This document shows positions 40,656 to 51,019 of a stretch of DNA of 64,000 nucleotides, piece by piece. The DNA is from Octopus vulgaris (Eukaryota): assembly GCA_951406725.2 (NCBI GenBank), contig OX597818.1:61008001-61072000 (forward strand), in the 5' to 3' direction. The notes under the pieces were generated by a model. The model saw only the letters and a list, made by a program, of their open reading frames with translations. It was not told the origin of the DNA and made no database searches. Numbering within the stretch: position 1 is the stretch's first letter; each line of letters opens with the position of its first letter. Both the position numbers and the translations under genes were made by a program.

Positions 40656-42013
40656 GTTTGCTATATGCTTCAACTATTTCTTTATTAAAGGCTATAACTG
40701 ACTTTTAAATGTGAAACCCCGCCACCACAAAAAAAATTAAAATTTAATATGAATGGAAAGATGAATTTAGAAGCTTATGACAAGCCCCATCTGTAAAATA
40801 GCTCTCGCTCTAAATAACTCTTACCCTAAGGTCTCCTACTAAATTCTTGAGTATAATTAGGATATATTTAAGAAATTTAATTGTTATTTAAAAATTACTA
40901 TTGAAGCTTAAAAAAGAACCTTTCAGTGAAAGAGTTTTATAAAACACGTGTAAAGGTACAACACTGACAGAACAATAGAAATTAATGTATTGCTGTAATG
41001 ACTGGTACAACTGCCATTTACTACTTAGGAAAGAAAGAAAATGCGCCATCAGAAATACCGACATTATAATTAAATTTTCCTGACAGAGAAAGAAAAAATA
41101 AAAAGCAAAAATTGAAGTTAAGATATTGTCACCAATTAAGAAATTAAAAATGCTCTTATAAAACAAAAAAAAAGTGGGTAAAGAAAATCACTATTCATAT
41201 ATAGATAATTGAAATTGTGTTTGGAATTGACATGAAAGTGGTCGTTGGGTTATTCGTTAAAAAATTCTTTTTATATAAATTTACATTTTTAATATAGTGT
41301 GGCTCATTTCCATACTTCAAAAGTCTAAGAAACTCATTTTTATCCTCTTCGTTTTCAGAAGTCATTAAAAGTGAAGAATTTTAACAAGACTGAATCAGAA
41401 AAATAATATCAATTCCAAACAACTTAAAAAGGTTAATGAAACAAACTACACCATCTTTAAGTTTGTGTATTCTATAAATCATTTTGCATTTCAAATTTAA
41501 ATGACAACTATTTTTATTCTTATATTTCTTAATCTAATTAAACTTTCATTAAGAAAACAGATTCTGGAAACTATTCAAGCAATGCAAAACTGACAAAGCA
41601 GTAAAGTTTGGAATAAAAAGTTGATTTTGTAAGCAAACTATATTCCAGAGTAATAAAATGATACTAAACTGCAAAAGACAACAGTTAAAATATTTCACCT
41701 AGCAGTAATAAAAGTACACTACAAAACTTTCATTCAAGTAGATACAACTATTTCTTTTAGGCACTTATAGATCTTGGAGCTAGCTACACTTAATTACACT
41801 TCAATAATTATATATTATTAATCAGTAAAACGCAGCGCTATATTTCACAAACATTATCACTTTCACAATAGCTTTAAAACTCATAGTCAAAGTAAATGAA
41901 AAGAAATCATAAAAATTAAACGAATATCAGGGAAAAAAAATGAAAACAAAATAATAATCTTAGAATAAGGTGCTGAAAGAAGAAAAAGGTCCCCTGTACA
42001 GTCCATTACTTAC

Positions 42014-42150
42014 TCGCATTCGACTATTTTGTTCTTGACGAGACCAATTTGTATCTTCATATATATTTCCTGGTGGCGTCTTGCCTCGAATAACCCCATA
42101 ATGATTAGGCTCAAAGGTTTCTGTCTTTTTTTTAGGTGTCATATATAAAT
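42014..42150 (-). CDS. NPHS1: Nephrin/sns-like tail exon (phase 1 to 0): (D)LYMTPKKKTETFEPNHYGVIRGKTPPGNIYEDTNWSRQEQNSRMR
   Basis: Acceptor ttttctctgatag, donor CGA/gtaagt, 137 nt. Lies within ORF 41960..42175. Confidence 0.87.
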
Positions 42151-42318
42151 CTATCAGAGAAAATTGAATAGTCATAAAGATACGTAAAATTTAAAATTCC
42201 AGTCAACATTTATAACATAAATGGAGACCTATTTTAAACTAGATAATGAGAAAGTAGATGAGAGCAGAACAAAAACAAGAGTATTATTATTATTATATTT
42301 TTTTAAAGTAACATTTAA

Positions 42319-42625
42319 CCCCTTACCCGGCAGAAACGAATATATGCGTTTTGACCGAAATCGTTTTTTCTATCTCTGGCGAGTTAACTCGTCAAAAGAT
42401 AGACTCGCCAAAATCGACAGCAAACGAGTTCCTTTGTCTAAAAATGGGTTAACTCGTTTTTGCCCAAAGCGGTAATTTAAAATCAATATTATTGAATTAA
42501 AATTCATAATAAATAAGGTTTGAAATATACCTCGAAATCACCATTCAAAACATAGTAAAATAAAACAATTAAAAAATATGTCTGAAAAAATACACTTATT
42601 TTCAAAATAATTGTTGGGTAAGGGG
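42319..42625. mobile_element. piggyBac-like MITE
   Basis: TTAA/CCCCTTACCC...GGGTAAGGGG/TTAA, with perfect 10-bp TIRs. Confidence 0.8.
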
Positions 42626-42682
42626 TTAAAAATACTTCAGTTTCAAACAATTCCATCTCCCAAATTTGTAAGTTGTGACACT

Positions 42683-43520
42683 GCAGTTCTATATTTAAGA
42701 GATGAGGTATTATGTACATTATTTGCATTTAACGGATATTTGTCCTCATCTTGTTTGTTGTTAAAACAAAATTTCAGCTGATATACCCTCCAGCCTTCTT
42801 CAGGTGTCTTGGGGAAATTTCGAACCTGGGTTCTCATTCCTAAGGTATTTTCGATTTTGTTGTTGTTGTTATCATTATTATTATTATTATTATTATTCAG
42901 GTCACTGGCTGGAATCGAACTCGGAATCTTGGGGTTAGTATCCCACTCTCTTGACCACTATGCCAATGCCCATGAGTTCGATTCCAGGCAGTGAGCTGAA
43001 GGAATGGCTGTGTGGTAAGTAGCTTGCTAACCAACCACATGGTTCCGGGTTCAGTCCCACTGCGTGGCATCTTGGGCAAGTGTCTTCTGCTATAGCCCCG
43101 GGCCGACCGATGCCTTGTGAGTGGATTTGGTAGACGGAAACTGAAAGAAGCCTGTCGTATATATGTATGTGTGTGAGTGTTTGTCCCCCTAGCATTGCTT
43201 GACAACCGATGCTGGTGTGTTTATGTCCCCATCACTTTGCGATTCGGCAAAAGAGACCGATGGAATAAGTACTGGGCTTACAAAGAATAAGTCCCGGGGT
43301 CGATTTGCTCGACTAAAGGCGGTGCTCCAGCATGGCCGCAGTCAAATGACTGAAACAAGTAAAAGAGTAAAAAAAAAAGAGTAATGATAATAATACTAAT
43401 ATCGGAAAATACCTTAGGAATGAGAACCCAGGTTCGAAATTTTCCCAAGACACCTGATGAAGGCTGGAGGATTAAGAACAAACAAGATGAGGAAAAATAT
43501 CTGTCAAATGTAAATAATGT
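42683..43520. mobile_element. Head-to-head pair of the tRNA-headed hammerhead SINE (full minus copy plus 5'-truncated plus copy), with a nested SINE
   Basis: Minus copy runs from about 42972 to 42683 and the plus copy from about 42973 to 43520. TSD TGTGACACT at 42674-42682 and 43518-43526. Confidence 0.8.
43000..43383 (+). mobile_element. SINE family A, nested in the hammerhead-SINE pair
   Basis: Full-length copy that interrupts the plus-strand hammerhead SINE. Confidence 0.85.
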
Positions 43521-44236
43521 GACACTATCCTAAAACTTTTTTGAGGAACTATTTGCTTCATTAAGGACCAACCTCTACTGCCCTTCTGGACAGAGATCAG
43601 CTTACAAAGCCCTTAATGTCCAACCACAGTTCCTGCTGTAGTGCTAAAAAAAAATATACATTTCATTTGATTTCTAAATATCTTTTACATTAAGTCAGTC
43701 CTATTGCACACCCTTATTGTGTCCTGTTTGCAATTTTTCAATATTGTTGCTCTGTCTGTCAAACATTGCATTATATCAATGGGAGAGAAAAAAAATCCAG
43801 ACATGATTTTAAGACTTCTCAATGATATATTTCTCAATCTGAAAATTACACATCATGATTTCTCAAAATGTAGAATATGTCACTGCATATTAACCAAGCT
43901 ACTAAATATTGGCTGTTTAGAGAAATTTGTTCATTTTTCTCTCATTTATTTTAATCCCTTCCAATTCTATTTGAATTAACATTAAAAAATTCTTTATTGG
44001 ATTATTTTATGGATGCTCTTGTAGCTCTATTCTTCTTCCACAATTTTAATTCATCATTTTTGAAATCTAAATAATTACCTATAATGATGGAATGCCAAGT
44101 GAAATATAAAAAAAGAAAAATATCTGATAGCCCAATAGTAAAGATATTTTAGACTTCTGTTTGAACAAAACTAAGATTTTAATGAGTATTATATTCAATC
44201 CATATGTAGTAAATGAAATTTGAAACAATTTCTAGC

Positions 44237-44760
44237 ATACAGTTCTATATTTAAGAGATGAGGAATTATGTACATTATTTACATTTGACGAATATTTATC
44301 CTCAATGTTTCAGTTGATATACCCTCCAGCTTTTATCAGGTGTCTTGGAGAAATTTTAAACCTGGGTTCTCATTCCTAAGGTTTTTTTTTTATGATGGAA
44401 TTCTATAATTTAAATATAAAATGGATGTTTTTACATAATAGAACTAGAAATGATCTCAGGCTTTTTGGTAGCAAAATTATTATAAAATGATTGATTATTA
44501 TCAACACGAATTATAATATGGGCATATCGCATAGTGGTTAAGAGTGTAGGCTACTAACCCCAAGATTCTGAGTTTGATTCCAGGTAGTGACCTGAATAAT
44601 AATAATAATAATATCGAAAAAAAAAATACTTTAGGAATGAGAACCGAGGTTCAAAATTTCTCCAAGACACCTGATGAAGGCTGGAGGGTATATCAGCTGA
44701 AACGTTGTGTTAACAACAAATAAGATGAGGACAAATATCCATCAAATGTAAATAATGTAC
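44237..44760. mobile_element. Head-to-head pair of the tRNA-headed hammerhead SINE with captured flanking DNA in the middle
   Basis: Minus tail at about 44237-44390 and full plus copy at 44520-44760. TSD ACAATTTCTAGC at 44225-44236 and 44759-44770. Confidence 0.8.
44666..44711 (+). ncRNA. Minimal hammerhead ribozyme inside a tRNA-headed SINE
   Basis: GACAC-CUGAUGA-A-GGCUG-(GAGGGUAUAU)-CAGCU-GAAAC-GUU/GUGUU. Stem I is GACAC/GUGUU; stem III is reduced to the palindrome ACGU. Confidence 0.7.
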
Positions 44761-44996
44761 AATTTCTAGCGTAAACAATTTTATAAAATGGAAGAAGCAA
44801 ACTAGATCAAGAGCAGACTTTTGGATTTTAGGGAATAATTCTCTACAAACATCATCTTGATTGTTTCTTCAGAAACATCATTAATATTGAAAATACTGAA
44901 GATGTGTCAAGCCAATGATTATTCTACTTTATAATTCATTAAAAAATTACTATTTGAAACTCTCACAATGAGAGATATTCAGCAACAGTACTTTGG

Positions 44997-45073
44997 AGTA
45001 AAGATTATTTGCCAACATAACACGGCAGTCCTAAATCAAGACTGCCATGTTATGTTGGCAAATAATCTTTACT
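44997..45073. repeat. Near-perfect 34-bp-stem hairpin
   Basis: agtaaagattatttgccaacataacacggcagtc / 9-nt loop / gactgccatgttatgttggcaaataatctttact, one mismatch. Confidence 0.9.
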
Positions 45074-45104
45074 TATAATTCATGTTGATAATAATCAATC
45101 AATC

Positions 45105-45347
45105 AATTAACCATTTTGGTACCAAAAAGCCTGAGATCGTTTTTAGTTCTAGTATGTAAAATTATCCATTTTTCAAAATTTAAATTATAGTCTTCCATCA
45201 TAATTTTATCTTAGAACCTTTGGTTAAATTTGTTACATCAGATTAACAAACATTTAGTTATCTTACTAAACTGACAACAAATTTTTATTATTTTCAAAAT
45301 TAATTTAAGAAACATGTATTTTATTAGATATGATAATGAAAGTTAAA
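45105..45347 (+). mobile_element. Old degenerate copy of the 40214 MITE
   Basis: ttaaccattttggtacc...aatgaaagttaa, colinear with 40210-40438. Confidence 0.45.
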
Positions 45348-45783
45348 GAACACAAATGCCTTCATCTACTCTGGAAGTTCCCTTTCCAATGAAGTCCAAT
45401 TTGCCTGAGACATCTTCAGCCATTTAACTAAGGCTATCTGTTCCTTTTCCCATCTCAGTGAATGCCAGGAGTAGTCATTATGCCATTTGATCAATAAGAC
45501 CAAACGACAGACTCATATTGAATATTCCATTTCTACAGGTCAAAATTGGGAATTGTCTATTGGCTTAACATCTGTTATCTTCAAGTTTTATAAAAGTACT
45601 GCTTAGATAAATTCTTAAATAAAATATAAGCTGTCTTAAATCTGCACATTTTGAGAAAGACAGATAGTGTTTGGTAATAAAATTAATTCTTTGTTGATCA
45701 AAAATAATCCTTTAGTCAATGGAACTGGATAACTGCCTCAAAAAAAGATAAATTTCAAAGAGATAAAGACTACTTTTACTCAC

Positions 45784-45952
45784 CTTCATTTGGTAATCTT
45801 GTGTCTGAATCATCTAAATATGCAATTTGCCGATTTGGTGAGTCCATATATATTCTTTTAGGTTCTACATGAGGTGAATCTTGTTTACATGGTGTGTATG
45901 GTCTATCAGAATAATCATGAGGAGGTAAAAAAACCCGCTTCATATCTTCATC
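45784..45952 (-). CDS. NPHS1: Nephrin/sns-like tail exon (phase 0 to 1): DEDMKRVFLPPHDYSDRPYTPCKQDSPHVEPKRIYMDSPNRQIAYLDDSDTRLPNE
   Basis: Acceptor ttttgccatttcag, donor AAG/gtgagt, 169 nt. Lies within ORF 45776..45964. Confidence 0.88.
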
Positions 45953-46030
45953 CTGAAATGGCAAAAACTAAAACGGACATTATTCTAATTTGCTTCTTTA
46001 AAAAAAAAAAATTAAATAAAAACAAGAAAT

Positions 46031-46614
46031 ACAGTTCTATATTTAAGAGATGAGGAATTATGTACATTATTTATATTAATTACATTTGACGGATATTTGT
46101 CCTCATCTTGTTTATTGTTAACACAATGTTTCGGCTGATTATGTCCTCCAGCTTTTATCAGGTGTCTTGGGGAAATTTCAAACCTGGGTTCTCAATCCTA
46201 AGGTACTTTCCGATGTTAATATCATTATTATTAGTAGTAGTAGTATTACCAGACTGGCCCTCATGCTGGTGGCACTTTAAAAGTATCCACTACACTCTCA
46301 GAGTGGTTGGCGTTAGGAAAGGCATCCAGCTGCCGAAACTCTGCCAGATCAGATTGGAGTTTGGCACAGCCATCTGGTTTGCCAGTCCTCAGTCAAATCG
46401 TCTAACCCATGCTAGCATGGAAAGCAGACGTTAAACGATGATGATGATGATGATGATGATTATTCAGGTCACTGCTTGGAATCGAACTCGGAATCTTGGG
46501 GTTAGTAGTCCGTGCTCTTAACCACTTTGCCATATACCCAAGAGCATATCAGCTGAAACATTGTGTTAACAACAAAGAAGATGAGGACAACGATCTGTCA
46601 AATGTAAATAATGT
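46031..46614. mobile_element. Head-to-head pair of the tRNA-headed hammerhead SINE, with a nested RTE-tail element
   Basis: Minus copy from about 46540 to 46031 and partial plus tail at about 46545-46614. TSD TAAAAACAA(G/T)AAAT at 46017-46030 and 46614-46627. Confidence 0.75.
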
Positions 46615-48021
46615 AAAAACAATAAATGTTATTATGAACCATGTTTGTCAGACAGTGTATTCTATACATGGCCAAATTCTAAATCGTGGAATTACAAATC
46701 AAGATTATTCAGTTTCTGTCTCCAGCAACACTTCTTGTGTAGAAAAGCAGACAGCATATCTGAAAGTCACAGCTTTCCAAGTTTCAAGGGTTATTTTTCG
46801 TGTAGTTTTATATTGTAATTTTATTTTTTATGGATTTCAAAATCAGCAAAAGAAAATAGCTGGACACTATTTCATAGCACTTTAATGATTTTAAATGGGA
46901 ATCTGTTTTTAAATTAATATTATTCATAACCATCACATACAAATACACACAAAGAATTGATTTTAAAATTTTAATGCCACTAAGAGAATCAGAAAAGGAG
47001 ACAACAAGATATTTTTTGCCATATTTTTTTAAACCTTTATGTCAACCATCCTATTTCTATAAATGACATCTATTGTTACTATATACAAGTAATGGTTACA
47101 AGTAAAGATAGACCCATTGTGATACAATTTTGTTATAGAAAAGTGAAGATTTCAGCATATTTGCTCTTACTTAAAAAAATTCAAAACCAGTAAAAAGTTT
47201 CTTTTACATACACACGCACGTTCTACAATGGAATTCACAAGGTTGCATATTACGTGATAGAAAAGAAAATCATTCAAGTGAAGAAAAAAGCACATCCATG
47301 CATACGTAAAATGCCATCATTTCTAATGCATATAAGTATAAATGAAGTTATATGGCTGTCTCCAGAAAATATAAAAAAAAAAAAAAATTTGAATATAATA
47401 ATAGGATTTTAACTTCTTTAGTGATTTGCCTTCTGACAACATAACTGAAATAGCTTAAAAGTTGGATAATCTAAATAATCTTGGTATGTAGCAAAATGTA
47501 GTAGCAGAGTTTTGGTAAAAAAAAATGTATTAAAAAAATAATTTTATTCTGCTGTCCAAGAGTATTTTAGAATGACTTATTGGTTTGAGCATTGATTAAG
47601 GAAATAGAAAAAGAAAAACAAAATCCTTGCTAAAATGTATTTAACAGCAAATGTCTACGGATGATACAGAGACAAAATATATAGCATCCATCAATATAAG
47701 AGGCTAAACTTTAACATTTGTCAATCTATCACCCAGAATAACTAACCTAACATTATTTATCTGTCATGATCATTGACAAGAATTCCACAAGGCCATTGAC
47801 CTAAATTTAACATTTGTCATTATGTCAAAAATTAGCTTATGTCGGAGTAGAAGGTAAAAATTAAATAACCATTTGATTCCAGGAAGAAGCGTTCAGAATA
47901 AATAATACCAGGTCACTGAATTAGATTTTGAAGTGCAAAAGATACAAAGAATCGGAGAAGAAAATAATTCCTCTTAAAATTTTCATTAGAGATTTTATGT
48001 TAATTTTAATTGTCTACATAC

Positions 48022-48182
48022 CTCATAGTTTTTACTGCATTCATCAGAAAATTCGTCTAAACTTTTATCATATGTGTCATAGCTTCGAGCATCCTCTGAT
48101 GGAGACATGGGATAAAGATGACTTTCTTTCGTTGAGCCAAAAAGCTCAAATGTATTCGTATGACTTGTTGTATCGCTGCCGT
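48022..48182 (-). CDS. NPHS1: Nephrin/sns-like cytoplasmic-tail exon (phase 1 to 0): (D)GSDTTSHTNTFELFGSTKESHLYPMSPSEDARSYDTYDKSLDEFSDECSKNYE
   Basis: Acceptor tcttttcacag, donor GAG/gtatgt, 161 nt open frame. Joins the next exon in phase. Not in the ORF track; translated by hand. Confidence 0.85.
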
Positions 48183-49704
48183 CTGTGAAAAGACCAATTT
48201 CTTAATGGTAATACATAATGATTTCAAAAAATTATGAGCATTTCAACATATAGTAATCACAGAATATATTTAATACTGTTTCAATTATACAAAATATATT
48301 TCTAGCTCTATACTCTTTCTCTTTGCGTTAGAACATGTATGTATTACTCATTGGGTTTAAATAAATTTCTAATTGGAGTTATTCAGATAAAGAGACAAGC
48401 TTAAAACTAAAAGCAACTATTTTATAGCATTTCTAAAAGACAAAAAACAAAACAAAAAAAATCATTGAATCATTAATTTGCAAGGAAAACAGGTAAAAGA
48501 AATTTTCCATTTTAAGAAAATAACTCGTTTTAGAATAGACTTTATTCTGAAAATTACAAGACTGGAAGACTGTAATAGATATGTCAGAATGCAAATATGT
48601 ACAAAGAATCTAAAGGTAATTTCACAGCAGCTACAATAAAGACAGAATAACTCATCTTTATTTGGTGGCGCTTAGTTGAAGATGGTGAAAACTTACAATT
48701 AATAATATGTTCCATTTTTCTACTAAAAATTAAAAGTAAGAAACAAAAAATTCTCCACATTTAAGCAGTTTGTTAAGGTGAAAAATATAAGATGCCATTA
48801 TATGGGTGATTAATTTTTCCATTAAAAATATAATTATTGTGATAACATTTTGACAAACAGAAACAATAAATGGTAAGAGCTTAAGGATTGATTCTCAAAA
48901 GGTGTATTGTCTGTATTTCTAATACGTTCAGTTACATGAATCAGTGAGATTTTGACCTTAAAACAAACACTAAATGTTTAAAAAAAAAAAAGAATGTAAA
49001 ATTACAATGGATACTGTTAAAAGCATTTTCTCTCAACAAGTACAATACAAAGTGGTTGTGTCCTTAAAATAAGAACTTCAGTTTTTTTTATGAAATACTT
49101 TTTGGAAAAGTTAATGTTATAGAACTTGGTAGATAGCATTTGGTTAAGAAAAAGAGAAGCTGTATAAAAAAAAAAAAAAAAAAAATAAAATATATATAAT
49201 TAGTCAATTCAACATAACACAAAAATACGTCAACTAACTCAAAACAAATAATTTGAGACTCATGCACATGAATAAAAGACTTTTCTTATTTTCTGGAAGA
49301 AATAAAGAATGATAGTGAGAAATAATGTTGACTAAAGTTAGATATTGACTGAACAATATTGACAAGCAGATTGATCAACTAAATAAACTCTAGGTTACTT
49401 GGAAATAGGCAGTGATTGAAAAGAAGAACATTCAAGCATTTCTAATCTGAACCAGCTTAAATACTTTGAGTCATTAAAATATATAAACGGCTTCATGGGA
49501 TTTATGGAACTGTAAAGCCATTCAGTTGATCCTATTTTCAGATCATATAACAAAATAGTGTTCTTACTGAATAAAAACCAAAGAAGAGTGAGGATTTGGC
49601 TACACAAACAACCAATATTTGCATAATAGCGGCAATCAAATCAACCCGAACATCTTAACTGGTATTGTATCTTTTTAGTGAATTCAGACACTACAGAGCA
49701 TCTC

Positions 49705-49850
49705 TCTTTACTCTTTTACTTGTTTCAGTCATTTGACTGCGGCCATGCTGGAGCACCGCCTTTAGTCGAGCAAATCGACCCCAGGACTTATTCATTGTAA
49801 GCCTAGTACTTATTCTATCGGTCTCTTTTGCTGAACTGCTAAGTTACGGG
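49705..49850 (-). mobile_element. SINE family A, 3' half
   Basis: Matches the family 3' half and abuts the tRNA-Gly pseudogene. Confidence 0.75.
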
Positions 49851-49860
49851 AAAAACGAAC

Positions 49861-49923
49861 TGTGTCAGCCGGGAGTCGAACATGGATCGACTGCTTGGAA
49901 GGCAACCTTCTAACCGTTACACA
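49861..49923 (-). pseudogene. tRNA-Gly(TCC) pseudogene, 5'-truncated
   Basis: GTGTAACGGTTAG...TTGCCTTCCAAGCAG...GTTCGACTCCCGGCTGACACA. Anticodon TCC at 49899-49897; the 5' acceptor strand is missing and the T-stem is damaged. Confidence 0.7.
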
Positions 49924-50601
49924 TCTGGTAAAGTTCTGTTATTTCTTGAATGGTATTTTTTTAAATAAACTTTAGAATGATATTCCCTTACAATGATAAT
50001 AATAATTTTGAGGGGATGGTGATACTTGGTACTATTGGCCCAAGTGCTTGACTGGTCCTTTAAAGTCCCCTAAACGATGAAAGTCAAAGCTAACCTGGAT
50101 AAACTCCTAATGACAATACCAGACTAGCCAACCATTCAAGGATACAATCAGAAAAAATCTGCTGCTACCAATTCAGACCAACTTCCAGCCATAAAGTGCC
50201 AACAAAACTGATAGAAAATGAATTAAGGCAGTGCTACAGCATGGCCATAATCCTACAACTGATACCATTAGAAGAATAAAAGAAGGATTTAACGCAGAAT
50301 GTAAAGAATGGGAAAAAGATCTGCAAAGAATTTTTTTCTGATGCTGTCATGATTCTGCCTGCTCCCCATAATAGATTGTTTCTGATTTAAACGTAAGGCA
50401 AGCTGTTTTGAGGAGTGAAGAAGATTGGTTGATAAACAAGGAACTCAGTACTTGATTGGTACTTTAGTTTATCAAACTCTAAACGATGGAAAGTAAAGTT
50501 GACCTTGGAATGGATTGAACTTAGAAAATATAGAGCTGTAACTAAATAATGTCAGGTATTTTGTCGGCTGCTCAATTTTAGGGAGGAAAGGTATTAGTCA
50601 A

Positions 50602-51019
50602 TACCTATTTCTTTACTACCCACAAGGGACTAAATATAGAGAGGACAAACAAGGACTGACAAATGGATTAAGTCGATTATATCGACCCCAGTGTGTAACT
50701 GGTACTTATGTAATCGACCCCGAAAGGATAAAAAGCAAAGTCGACCTCAGCGGAATTTGAACTCAGAACGTAACGGCAGACGAAATACCTATTTCTTTAC
50801 TACCCACAAGAGGCTAAACACAGAGAGGACAAATAAGGACAGACAACTGGATTAAGTCGATTATATCGACCCCAGTGTGTAACTGGTACTTATTTAATCG
50901 ACCCCGAAAGGATGAAAAACAAAGTCGACCTCGGCGGAATTTGAACTTAGAATGTAGCAAGACGAAATACTGCTAAGCATTTTGCCCAGCATGCTAACAT
51001 TTCTGCCAGCTCATCGCCT
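50602..51019 (-). mobile_element. SINE family B, tandem dimer
   Basis: Two units, flanked by a gtattagtcaatacc direct repeat. Confidence 0.8.

Noticed and set aside
44520-44595. tRNA gene with anticodon ACT (also 42895-42972 and 46465-46540)
   Set aside because: There is no acceptor stem and it is always attached to the same tail, so it is a SINE head.
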